From Methanobacteriota archaeon (GTDB lineage Archaea > Thermoplasmatota > Poseidoniia > Poseidoniales > Thalassarchaeaceae): 64,000 bases of DNA. Made by a program: the position numbers and the translations under genes. The DNA is taken from the NCBI GenBank assembly GCA_002722735.1, contig PBMR01000014.1, positions 64,756 through 128,755 on the forward strand, in the 5' to 3' direction. Position 1 is the stretch's first letter, and each line of letters opens with the position of its first letter. Shown one piece after another: positions 17,734 through 26,979 of this stretch. The notes below the pieces were generated by a model. It did not search any database. It had not been told where the DNA came from and saw only the letters and a list, made by a program, of their open reading frames with translations.

Positions 17734-18600
17734 TTATCTATATTTTATCAGCCTCAAATCTCCATCGACTTTTATTTCAAGGCTATCGCCATCGTTGAGT
17801 TGATGAATTTCATCGGGCAATTCAGGAACTTCGAAACCAGAGTCACTATCTAGTGAACGGGAGAAGTTGTGCGTGACCAGAACCATGGCATGGGGATGTC
17901 GCGCAGAGAAAGAAATAACTTGGGATGGATTGTGATGATGGGGGCTATCGACGAAATCCGGCACCCCCATTTCTAGGATTACGACATCCGACTCTCGGGC
18001 CCGTTCCTCAATTTCCTGGCACGGCCCGGAATCCCCGCAGTGAAGGATAGTAAGGCCGCTTTCATGTATCAACTTGTACCCGTGAGGGTCGGTCTCGGGA
18101 GTGTGGCTGACGGGGAACCTGTCGTAACTCCACCCGGTTCCCTTCAAGATGCCAGACTCATCTTCGTTCCAGACTGTTCGTTCCCTGAGTGCGTCTTCAA
18201 GACTCCCTGGAAAACCGACTTCGCAGAGTTTGCTCAGACGTTCCCTGCCCCCCGGTCTAGTGTGAACGCTCAACGTTTTCCGGGCATCCCTATCTGGGGC
18301 CAACCATTCCCTGTCAAGCAACAGAAATGGAAATCCGAATGTGTGATCTGCGTGCCAATGGGTGATTAACAGGTGCTGAATGTCTGAAGGTGAAACGCCC
18401 GCACGTCTGAGTTGTGGAAGGACGGTGGGGGGGGAGTCGATCAGAACGGCACCATCGATTAGGGCCAAAGCATGCATCCTTCCGGGGGGAGAGAATGCAT
18501 TGCCGGTTCCGAGGAACAGAACCTCCGCCATGTCTCGCGTTGGGGGCCCCAAGACTTGATGCTTCGCTTCGAGAGGAGCACCCTCTCCGCATTCGTTCAT
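17734..18600 (-). CDS. MBL-fold metallo-hydrolase
   Basis: LLITHWHADHTFGFPFLL (HxHxDH) and a downstream HCGD motif. Confidence 0.8.
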   Translation of the reverse strand: MNECGEGAPLEAKHQVLGPPTRDMAEVLFLGTGNAFSPPGRMHALALIDGAVLIDSPPTVLPQLRRAGVSPSDIQHLLITHWHADHTFGFPFLLLDREWLAPDRDARKTLSVHTRPGGRERLSKLCEVGFPGSLEDALRERTVWNEDESGILKGTGWSYDRFPVSHTPETDPHGYKLIHESGLTILHCGDSGPCQEIEERARESDVVILEMGVPDFVDSPHHHNPSQVISFSARHPHAMVLVTHNFSRSLDSDSGFEVPELPDEIHQLNDGDSLEIKVDGDLRLIKYR

Positions 18601-18637
18601 AAACGAACAACAACTCCCGATATTGAGAGATGTAAGA

Positions 18638-19918
18638 ATGTCTGTCTGGAGTGCGAAGAACCCGTACCATTCTGCTATGATTCAGAATTTCGTCCTCAAT
18701 GGGAAAAAATCTCGCAAGGAGACCAGGCACATCGTTTTCGAACTGGGCGGTTCGGGGTTGGAATACAAGGCCGGCGATGCTCTTGGAGTCATTCCAAGAT
18801 GCCCCCCGTCACTGGTCGAGGAGCTCCTTTTCGCTACTAACTTCTCGGGGGACGAAGAGGTCGAGACCCACCTTGGAACATGCTCCCTCCGGGAGGCTCT
18901 CACTGATAGATTCGAGATCCATCGTGTCTCGAAGAAGTGGATAGAAGGACTCGGGAACCGTCTATCGAAAGATTCGGGAACTGTTGGGATGAGGATAGTG
19001 AGGCGTCAGCGCTTCTCCTCCACGGATGGCATCCTGCTGATGGATTGGCAAGGCAGTGGGACCGATGACGATTTCCCAGAGGGATTCGTCGAAATCGGGG
19101 CCACTGGAGATTCCGCAGCCTCACTTTGGGACAATCTGACCTCCGATCCAAGTGCCATGGAGGACTACATTTGGTCAAGGGACTACATCGATGCCATCGC
19201 CGACTTCGGACACATTGGTTTCTCTCCACAGCAGTTGGTCGATGGTATGGACCGACTCAAACCGCGCCTCTACTCGATTGCTAGCAGTCCCGACTTTGAA
19301 CAAGGCACTGTTCACCTGACTGTAGCTATCGTTAGGTACAATCATCACGATAGGGATCGAACCGGGCTATGCACCGGTTTCATGGCCGATAGATGCGAAA
19401 ACAACGCCTCCAAAGTCGGGGTCTTCATGTCCCCGACACGCTCGTTCGTCCTTCCCAATGATGGTTCCACTGACATTATTATGATCGGTCCCGGAACGGG
19501 GATTGCCCCATTCAGAGCCTTCCTCCAACAGCGGGATATAGATGGGGCTACCGGGCGCAATTGGCTCTTTTTTGGGGACTGGACTGAGGAGGGAGAGTAT
19601 CTCTACAGGGATGAGATGGACGACTGGAAGGAACGAGGCGTCCTTACAAAGCACGATCTGGCTTGGTCCAGGGCCGGTCCTGAGAAGGTCTACGTACAGC
19701 ATCTCATGAAGCATCAGGGTGAGGAGATATGGAAATGGATAGAAAAAGGCGCGTACTTCTATGTCTGTGGTGATAAGCAGTACATGGCCAAGGACGTCCA
19801 TAGCACCCTCATTGGAATCTGCTCCGAGTATGGTGGAATGGGCTCAGACGAGGCGAAGGACTTCGTCGAGAATGGGATGATGAAGGCCGAGAAGCGATAC
19901 CTCAGGGACGTCTACTGA
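18638..19918 (+). CDS. sulfite reductase flavoprotein (CysJ)/diflavin reductase-like FAD-NADPH domain protein, no FMN domain
   Basis: NPYHSAMIQN..LNG..S.KETRHIVFEL, RLYSIASSP, GPGTGIAPFRAFLQQR, YFYVCGD and a terminal RYLRDVY. Confidence 0.8.
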   Translation: MSVWSAKNPYHSAMIQNFVLNGKKSRKETRHIVFELGGSGLEYKAGDALGVIPRCPPSLVEELLFATNFSGDEEVETHLGTCSLREALTDRFEIHRVSKKWIEGLGNRLSKDSGTVGMRIVRRQRFSSTDGILLMDWQGSGTDDDFPEGFVEIGATGDSAASLWDNLTSDPSAMEDYIWSRDYIDAIADFGHIGFSPQQLVDGMDRLKPRLYSIASSPDFEQGTVHLTVAIVRYNHHDRDRTGLCTGFMADRCENNASKVGVFMSPTRSFVLPNDGSTDIIMIGPGTGIAPFRAFLQQRDIDGATGRNWLFFGDWTEEGEYLYRDEMDDWKERGVLTKHDLAWSRAGPEKVYVQHLMKHQGEEIWKWIEKGAYFYVCGDKQYMAKDVHSTLIGICSEYGGMGSDEAKDFVENGMMKAEKRYLRDVY

Positions 19919-19944
19919 ATTGAGGCCGATTCACTCATACGAAC

Positions 19945-21309
19945 GTGCACTCAGCGGGAGGTGTGTTCCGACGGGTCCTCATCGCGAACCGAGGGGAGAT
20001 CGCGCTTCGAATCCTTCGCTCTCTACGTTCTATGGGAATGGGGGCCGTAGTCGTCCATGGCAGGGAGGATCGACTGTCGCTGCCCGTCAGGCTAGCAGAC
20101 GAGGGATATTTCATCCCCAGAGACGATCCACTGGCCTCGTATCTGGATATCGAGGCCATCGTCATAGCAGCCAAGGACGTCGGTGCTGACGCAGTTCACC
20201 CTGGATATGGGTTCCTCGCTGAGAACGCAACATTCGCCCAACGTCTTGCTGAGGAGGAGATCACATTTATCGGACCGAGCCCAGAGTCCCTCCGCTTGCT
20301 GGGGGACAAGATTGCTGCCAGAGGGGTGATGTCGAAGGCCGGTATTCCCGTGGCAGGGGGCTCGGAAAAGCCAGTGGCCAATCCCGATGAGGCATCAGGT
20401 ATAGCCGCCGAAATCGGATTTCCACTCATCATCAAAGCCGCTTCTGGAGGAGGGGGGATCGGGATGCAAGTAGTAGAGGCAGAGGAGGACTTCCCATCCG
20501 CAATGAGACTATGTCAGGGCAGGGCAGCATCTGCATTCGGCGATGATAGGGTATTTCTCGAGAAGTTCATCAGAGATGCAGAGCATATCGAGTTCCAAGT
20601 TCTCGGTGATGGTAGAAGGGCGATTCACCTAGGCGAGCGATTCTGCTCCATACAACGCCGACACCAGAAAATCCTCGAAGAAGGGCCATGGCTTAGTGAC
20701 GATATCAGGGAGGAGATCGGCGCACGGGCTGTGGCTGGTGCAGAAGCAATCGGATACCGGGGCCTAGCAACCTTTGAATTCCTGAGGGATGCCGAGGGGG
20801 AGTTCTATTTCATGGAGGTAAATCCACGAGTACAAGTCGAACATACAGTCACTGAGATGATTACCGGACTGGATCTTGTTTCCCTCGGCATCCGAGTAGC
20901 TGCGGGAGAGGAACTCCCTTTGTCGCAGCAGGACGTCAGATGGGATGGCCATGCCATCCAGGCGAGGATTAACGCTGAGAATCCAATGACCTTGGACCCC
21001 TCTCCCGGCAAGGTGTGGGAGTGCCATTGGCCAGGGGGGCCGGGTGTCCGGATAGATACTCACGCATTTTCCGGATATGACATGCCAGGTGCCTTCGACT
21101 CTTTGCTCGCTAAGATTATTGCTTGGGCTCCCTCGAGAGAGGAGGCGATCCTCAGGCTCGATGCGGCTCTGGATGAGGCCATCCTACTGGGCGTTGACAC
21201 GCTGATACCATTGCATAGGGCCATTCTGAATGAGTCTGATTTCAGAGAAAGAAACATCACCACTGACTACTTGGAAACTCATCAGGGGTTAGTTTCGGGG
21301 GGTCGTTAG
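19945..21309 (+). CDS. accC: biotin carboxylase subunit of an acyl-CoA carboxylase
   Basis: RVLIANRGEIALRILRS, ATP-grasp GGGGIGMQVV and MEVNPRVQVEHTVTE. 454 aa with no fused BCCP. Confidence 0.92.
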   Translation: MHSAGGVFRRVLIANRGEIALRILRSLRSMGMGAVVVHGREDRLSLPVRLADEGYFIPRDDPLASYLDIEAIVIAAKDVGADAVHPGYGFLAENATFAQRLAEEEITFIGPSPESLRLLGDKIAARGVMSKAGIPVAGGSEKPVANPDEASGIAAEIGFPLIIKAASGGGGIGMQVVEAEEDFPSAMRLCQGRAASAFGDDRVFLEKFIRDAEHIEFQVLGDGRRAIHLGERFCSIQRRHQKILEEGPWLSDDIREEIGARAVAGAEAIGYRGLATFEFLRDAEGEFYFMEVNPRVQVEHTVTEMITGLDLVSLGIRVAAGEELPLSQQDVRWDGHAIQARINAENPMTLDPSPGKVWECHWPGGPGVRIDTHAFSGYDMPGAFDSLLAKIIAWAPSREEAILRLDAALDEAILLGVDTLIPLHRAILNESDFRERNITTDYLETHQGLVSGGR

Positions 21310-21310
21310 G

Positions 21311-22273
21311 TTGGATTTGGCCATCGTCGGGAGCATTGGCTACGATGATATCGAGACTGTGGTCGCTAGCGGCTCAGACATCCTAGGTGGGTCAGCTGTC
21401 CATGCCGGAATCTCGGCCTCGTTCCACATGCCATCAATCCCCGGGCGAACCCCCCGAGTAGGCCTTGTCGCTCCAGTGGGCGCCGATTTCGCCGAACGGG
21501 ACCAGTCAATGCTTGAAGGCTTGGGCCTGGATCTCTCAGGGGTAGCGAGACTGGAGGGCAAGACGTTCAGATGGTCTGGAAGGTATGGGGGTACTATGGA
21601 AAATGTGGAGACTATCTCCACTGAGGTGAATGTCCTAGGTGGCTTCAACCCTGAAATTCCTGATTCATGGAATCCTCCAAAAGTCCTCTTCTGCGCCAAT
21701 ACGGACCCCGGGTCTCAGGTTTCTGTACTTGACCAGTGCCCAAATGTCGAGATTTCGGCTGTTGACACCTTCATGTTGTGGATAGAAACCGAGTTCGACG
21801 AACTCTCGCTTGCACTGAGGAAGGCCGATATAGCCATCCTCAACGAAGAGGAGGTCTGTGCGATTTCGGGCGAGGATGTATTTACCCGGGCAATACAGCC
21901 CATACTGTCTGGGGCTGCTCTTCACGGAGGCGAATCCGCCGGCAGGGGCCCGAGTGCCTTGATTGTCAAGCGAGGATCCGGAGGGGTCCTCGCAAACTTC
22001 CCTTGTGGAATTCTAGCCCTCCCGGCCTTCCCCACCACCGACATCGTTGACCCTACTGGATGTGGTGACTCCTTTGCTGGCGCCTTCCTAGCCAACATCG
22101 CCGGTAGATCCGGAGTCTTGAATGACACCGAGGCAATACGAGCAGCCTTGGTTCAAGCCGTGGTAACTTCTTCGTTCACCATTGAGGGCCTCGGCTCCTC
22201 GGGTCTTCTGGGTCTGGAGAGGGGGCTGTATCATGCGAGGCTGGACAAGTATCGCCGAATCGTCGGCCTGTGA
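21311..22273 (+). CDS. PfkB-family carbohydrate/nucleoside kinase
   Basis: DPTGCGDSFAGAFLA anion-hole motif with a ribokinase-like layout. TTG start 1 nt after the accC stop. Confidence 0.8.
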   Translation: MDLAIVGSIGYDDIETVVASGSDILGGSAVHAGISASFHMPSIPGRTPRVGLVAPVGADFAERDQSMLEGLGLDLSGVARLEGKTFRWSGRYGGTMENVETISTEVNVLGGFNPEIPDSWNPPKVLFCANTDPGSQVSVLDQCPNVEISAVDTFMLWIETEFDELSLALRKADIAILNEEEVCAISGEDVFTRAIQPILSGAALHGGESAGRGPSALIVKRGSGGVLANFPCGILALPAFPTTDIVDPTGCGDSFAGAFLANIAGRSGVLNDTEAIRAALVQAVVTSSFTIEGLGSSGLLGLERGLYHARLDKYRRIVGL

Positions 22274-23944
22274 TTAACCAAGCCGCCTGATTCCAGGCAG
22301 CGGGTGCGGGTCTTCCTCGGTGGAAGTGGGCTTGAGTTGGTTGAATCTTAGTGAGTTTGTAGATGTCTCGAGTAACCTTGGGGGAAAATCCTCCCCGCTA
22401 GCCATCCTTGAGACGATGGAATCGAGGGCGCCCCGTGCAGATGACGCCCCGGTCGCTGTCTGCATGCTCCTGATTCTCGCCCCCACTTCGACTTGATGGT
22501 TCTGATCGTTCCTGAGCCTCATGTGCTGCGCGGTCTGGAAGCGAGAAAGCCCCCTCTCCTGCTTCTTGTCAGTCGCACCTGCGTTCGCCCGACTAGGGGG
22601 ATATGATCTGGTGAGTGCACTACTGGGCCTCAAGAGCCTACCCAGCCACCCCGAGGAAAACTCCCTCTTCCTCCTATTGCCCGATGATACCCTGTTGGAC
22701 CCCATGGTTGCTGCCAACCTGTTCAGTGCTGGATATTCCTCCAAATTCGCTGGTTGCTGTAGATTCTCAAAGCTCTTGCGATGCCTTAATTCCCTCTTAG
22801 CCTTAGCCTGGCGGACGACTCCAGCCCTGCACTCCTCACGCACTGCCTCCTCCGTCGGCGGGGGCAGCATGGGACTAATGTACGGGCCCCCCGGAGTACC
22901 CGAACTGCTGTGAGCTAGTTTGATCATTTGAGCGCTGGACATGCCGCGCTGCTCCTGGGCCGGGGTCGGAGTGCTTTCCAAATTGCCGAACCCAATGGAG
23001 GGGGGGGCCTCACGCTCTTGATGGGTTACAGCTGATGAATCGGTGTCAAAGATTCCCCCACTGGCGAAGAGATCCAATCCTTGGGCAGCGTCTGAGACGG
23101 CAGAGTCAATCCTGCTCTCCTTCATATCGCCTAGATTATTCTCAACATACCAAGAAGGAGTTTGCTTGCCTGGCCATGCCCTCTCATAGGCATTTTTTGT
23201 GGATGTGGCTACTGGGCTGTGTTGGACTACTGGGCTGTGTTGGTCCAATGAGGTCTGAACGGTCTCAAAATCCCCATCCTGACTCTCGAAATGGGCCGAC
23301 ATAGTGGGCTCGTGAAGAACAATTGGTTCCTCTATCTTCACGGTGTTATCCGAAACACCCATTTCTGGCTCCACAGAGGCAGACGAACTTGGTTTCGAGA
23401 GCATCTCTGCTGGGATTGGGAGAAGTCCCTTTGCATCTCTCAGAGCTGGAAACGTTGGCAGTTCTGTCTCCAGACCCTCCAAGCCAAGGAGTGCTTCTTC
23501 GATAGTGCTACCATGCCTCACCCTGTCAACCATCATGCACAGTTTGAGCAGATTACCCTCTTCCCCGGAAATAAGATGACGATCCCCGGAACCGGTCTCG
23601 ATTGCGAGAATGGAATACTTGGTTAGGAAGTAGATGGTGACGACCAATATTCCCATCACGATTGCTAGCCACTTCCATGGAGACACGATGGTGCTGATTC
23701 CAAGATAGATGGCTAGGAGTCCCAATGGCGCGATTCCAGCCGGAAGGAGAGGGACCTTCAGATGCCTCATCCTGTCTATTGCAGCCAGATCTAATCTGAC
23801 ACCCTTGCCATCGAACCTTTCGATTGTCAACTGCCGTTCAGTCAGAACAGCGCAGAAGGTTCCCTTTGTCCCGACTAAGGAGAGCCCGCCGATTAGCTCC
23901 GCATTCCTCTTCTCCGTCGGGCCTTTTGGCCCGGCTAAGTACAT
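22274..23944 (-). CDS. hypothetical membrane protein with a long low-complexity cytoplasmic/extracellular tail
   Basis: N-terminal globular segment, two adjacent TM helices (LGLLAIYLGISTIV / LAIVMGILVVTIYFL), then about 400 aa rich in S/P/E/A/Q including a QHSPVV-QHSPVA duplication. Confidence 0.5.
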   Translation of the reverse strand: MYLAGPKGPTEKRNAELIGGLSLVGTKGTFCAVLTERQLTIERFDGKGVRLDLAAIDRMRHLKVPLLPAGIAPLGLLAIYLGISTIVSPWKWLAIVMGILVVTIYFLTKYSILAIETGSGDRHLISGEEGNLLKLCMMVDRVRHGSTIEEALLGLEGLETELPTFPALRDAKGLLPIPAEMLSKPSSSASVEPEMGVSDNTVKIEEPIVLHEPTMSAHFESQDGDFETVQTSLDQHSPVVQHSPVATSTKNAYERAWPGKQTPSWYVENNLGDMKESRIDSAVSDAAQGLDLFASGGIFDTDSSAVTHQEREAPPSIGFGNLESTPTPAQEQRGMSSAQMIKLAHSSSGTPGGPYISPMLPPPTEEAVREECRAGVVRQAKAKRELRHRKSFENLQQPANLEEYPALNRLAATMGSNRVSSGNRRKREFSSGWLGRLLRPSSALTRSYPPSRANAGATDKKQERGLSRFQTAQHMRLRNDQNHQVEVGARIRSMQTATGASSARGALDSIVSRMASGEDFPPRLLETSTNSLRFNQLKPTSTEEDPHPLPGIRRLG

Positions 23945-24062
23945 CCCGATACCCGAGCGGCTCTTGCAAGGTATAAGTGCATGGGCATCAAATGAACCAG
24001 TTGAACTACTTGTAGCACCGGGTTATTTTCGCCGTTGGTCGCCCAAGTACGCAATCAAAGCT

Positions 24063-24542
24063 TCATCTCATGGCTTCTCGAGCAGCATCCGCCATCGTCC
24101 ACAGGGCCTTATCTTCATCTGTTTCTGGTCTGAACTGAGGGATATTTATCGGCTTCATTGACTCATCGACAGCTACCATGAAGAAGAATCCTGAGCAAAT
24201 CTCCTCCCCCTCCCATTCCGAACGCGAGAGCCTGCACGAAATTACGTAGACGCCCGCAGTCCTCGGAGAAGTCCATACAACCCTAGCTGTGGTTCTGATG
24301 ACGTCACCTTGGAATGCAGGTCTCCTGAACTTCAGGGCATCTACGGAAACGGTGACGAATTCTCGGTGAGCGAACTTGGAGGCCGACATTCCTGCCGCAG
24401 TGTCCATAATTGCCATCAGCCTACCGCCGAAGAGCGTGTTCTTGGCATTGGTGTGGCCTGGAAACACCTCATCAAGCAAGATTACGGGTTCGAGAGAGTG
24501 GGGGCCACTGTCCTCCATCAGGCATACTCGGAACCCCATCAT
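24063..24542 (-). CDS. acyl-CoA thioesterase (hotdog fold, YciA/Acot-like)
   Basis: HTNAKNTLFGGRLMAIMDTAAGMSA...FVTVSVDALKFRRPAFQGDV. Confidence 0.8.
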   Translation of the reverse strand: MMGFRVCLMEDSGPHSLEPVILLDEVFPGHTNAKNTLFGGRLMAIMDTAAGMSASKFAHREFVTVSVDALKFRRPAFQGDVIRTTARVVWTSPRTAGVYVISCRLSRSEWEGEEICSGFFFMVAVDESMKPINIPQFRPETDEDKALWTMADAAREAMR

Positions 24543-24622
24543 CCTTGAATGCTACAGTATTTCGAACCCAGCAATTCCGATTTCACCGTCGTATTGAACC
24601 GAAGGCGACGACTCGGAAGCGT

Positions 24623-25417
24623 GTGACGATACCGGAGTTGCGCTGGGAACCCGCGATTCACGAAGATCCCGATGGTGGCACGATTGTGTTGTGGCCGTAC
24701 TTGCCATGTGTCAGGATGCCGGCCTCCATGAGGCCTCGCGAGTGGGATGGCTTGGCACTCCTTTGTTCCTCTGATGAGATCGAAGCAATGATGGAGGAGG
24801 AGGAGCAGGACAAACGCAGTCACGGCGTTCATGTCGAATCCGCCGCAGCTTCCGGAACCGCTCTTGGCATGCTGGTCAAGGACCTGCAAGACTTGGAGGT
24901 GGGGGGGCCGGCAATTCCCGATCCTGAGCCGATTCGCCTCTTGCACCACGCGCAGAACTCCAGAGGCGGGATGCCCATCTACTCAGTAATCCCGGACCTG
25001 AATGATGAGGAATGGGCGAACTGGCTCTCAAGATGCGCCGATGAACAAGTCAGGATACGCAACCTACTGGCTACCATAGGGAGATCAAAGAGGTGGGCCA
25101 AGTCGCGCAAGATGGCCATAGCCAATATATCTCCCTCCAAGGGGGCCGACGCAGATCTTGGAGCCGCCGCCACAGTTTGTGCCGCTTGGTGGCTGGAGGA
25201 GCGTCAAGGGATGAATGACGAACTCATCTCAGAGCGGGATGTGCGCATCGCTGCACGTCTAAGAGGCGCTTTGTCAAATCTCAGAAACAGCAGGATTGAT
25301 GAGAGTGGAACACAGGGCGCAATACTATTGGCACCCGTCCAACAGGCCCACGTTCCAGCCATCGAGGCTAGCCTTGTGGCCTGTCAGGCTGTGGAGGCCA
25401 TGGAGGCCGAGAAATGA
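24623..25417 (+). CDS. hypothetical protein (weak TraB/PrgY-like C-terminal resemblance)
   Basis: The ORF-track start at 24410 overlaps the thioesterase, so I chose the in-frame GTG at 24623. The SERDVRIAARLRGAL...AILLAPVQQAHVPAIEASL pattern is only a weak resemblance. Confidence 0.4.
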   Translation: MTIPELRWEPAIHEDPDGGTIVLWPYLPCVRMPASMRPREWDGLALLCSSDEIEAMMEEEEQDKRSHGVHVESAAASGTALGMLVKDLQDLEVGGPAIPDPEPIRLLHHAQNSRGGMPIYSVIPDLNDEEWANWLSRCADEQVRIRNLLATIGRSKRWAKSRKMAIANISPSKGADADLGAAATVCAAWWLEERQGMNDELISERDVRIAARLRGALSNLRNSRIDESGTQGAILLAPVQQAHVPAIEASLVACQAVEAMEAEK

Positions 25418-25941
25418 CTGATGAACGAATATCAATAGAGGTCGCGACACAGACTTTCAGATTCATCCCCGAGATTCCGGTCTCTCTCGAAGATGCCGTA
25501 CAATTTGGCGGCGGGCGAAGCAACGGGGCCTACGCCGTAATCGAGCACGAGAATCCCCGCTCCACACTTGTCATCGAGCCTCGGGGCTCCATATTGGTCC
25601 ACGGCATTTCCAATATCGAGGCGGCCACCTTGATCGCTCGGGAGTTTCTCCTCCGAATCGGCATGTCAGAGTCCGGATTGACCGTCGAGAAAGGCGACAT
25701 GCTAGTCAGCTTCTCATTGGGCAGATCCGTTCTATTGGAGCTTGCAGCAGAGAGATTCCCCGCCGCAGAGCACGATCTCAGACTGGACGCCCTCAGAATC
25801 GATGCAAAGAGACACGGGTGCACTATCCTGCTGTTCAACAATGGTCATGGACTGATTCTAGGGCAGACATCCCGAAACATCGCGGAGTTGGCCGTCGGTT
25901 ACTGGACTTCCCATCTCGAGGCTGAAGGCGCTTTGGCGTGA
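25414..25941 (+). CDS. strongly diverged TATA-box-binding-protein (TBP)-fold protein
   Basis: 175 aa with two internal repeats whose strand/helix pattern aligns by eye with the TBP repeats. LVIEPRGSILVHGISNIEAA corresponds to LLIFSSGK.V.TGAKS, and ILLFNNGHGLILGQTSRNIAELA corresponds to the second copy. ATGA overlap with the upstream gene. Confidence 0.45.
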   Translation: MTDERISIEVATQTFRFIPEIPVSLEDAVQFGGGRSNGAYAVIEHENPRSTLVIEPRGSILVHGISNIEAATLIAREFLLRIGMSESGLTVEKGDMLVSFSLGRSVLLELAAERFPAAEHDLRLDALRIDAKRHGCTILLFNNGHGLILGQTSRNIAELAVGYWTSHLEAEGALA

Positions 25942-25945
25942 GATC

Positions 25946-26830
25946 ATGCTTGAGGGCGGAGTCTGGAAGGGCCCGATTCTGGATCAGCACATGCATCTGG
26001 ATCGCGAGAACATATTCTTGGGGGCTATCTCAGACTTCGTGCGTAGCGGTGGAACTGGAATCATGCTGGTACACAAACCAGGATTCTCACAGTCCCTTCC
26101 CACCGACATCGATGGCTACCGTTCCGCCTATTCCGAGACCTTGGAAATGGCCGACGAGGTCAGGGCCACTCACGGCATTGACGTAGGCGTGGTGCTCGGA
26201 CCACATCCCGTTTCTTGGGAGCATCAGATTGAGACTCTTGGCCTTGAGCGCTCGACCGAATTGCATATTGAGGCAGTTGGCCTAGCCTTGGACTACATCG
26301 AGGCAGGGAAGGCCAATTGTCTCGGTGAAGTCGGTCGCCCCCACTATCCCGTCGACGAGATGACATGGGAATCCGCTAATGACCTCCTGACCGAGGTCAT
26401 GTCGATGGCCTCTGGCGCAGGTGTGACAATACAACTGCACGTGGAGGATAACGGGGAGACGACTTGCAGGGAACTCTCCAAGCTCTGTGACAAGGCAGGA
26501 CTTCGGCTGGATAGAGCAGTCAGACACTACTCCCCCCCAGACGTCAGTGCAGGGTTCACTCATGGACTTTCAGCCACTGTTAGTGTGGGCAAGGGTAGCG
26601 TGGAGGCCCTGACCGGGAGCGCTCGTGCCGCTTGCGCTCCTTGGGGGATGGAGACCGATTACCTCGACGATCCGCGCCGTCCGGGGGCGGTTCTGGGACC
26701 GAAGACCGTTCCCAGGAGGACCCGTGAGCTCTGCCATTCCCTACTATCAGACGGATGGGACGAGAACGAGGTAACCGCCCTGATGATGAATATCCACGTA
26801 GATTGGCCCAAGACCCTCTACGGACTCTGA
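25946..26830 (+). CDS. TatD-related metal-dependent hydrolase (amidohydrolase superfamily)
   Basis: ILDQHMHLD N-terminal metal motif, GEVGRPHYP, IQLHVED, VRHYS. Confidence 0.7.
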   Translation: MLEGGVWKGPILDQHMHLDRENIFLGAISDFVRSGGTGIMLVHKPGFSQSLPTDIDGYRSAYSETLEMADEVRATHGIDVGVVLGPHPVSWEHQIETLGLERSTELHIEAVGLALDYIEAGKANCLGEVGRPHYPVDEMTWESANDLLTEVMSMASGAGVTIQLHVEDNGETTCRELSKLCDKAGLRLDRAVRHYSPPDVSAGFTHGLSATVSVGKGSVEALTGSARAACAPWGMETDYLDDPRRPGAVLGPKTVPRRTRELCHSLLSDGWDENEVTALMMNIHVDWPKTLYGL

Positions 26831-26979
26831 CCCAGCCTCCGTTTGTTCGGGGGTTTAGCATCATCACAACCATTCCAAGACGCTATCGCATCAGCGTGAC
26901 CGTTGCCGCAAACGCTCGCTTTTCGAGACCTGAGATAGCACCGAATCGGTTTATAGCGAACTGATGCTCGACTGCCCGA

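Noticed and set aside
24410-24622. N-terminal 71 codons of the 24410..25417 ORF
   Set aside because: They overlap the acyl-CoA thioesterase gene on the other strand and read as Arg/Ser/Pro-rich junk. The in-frame GTG at 24623 is preferred.
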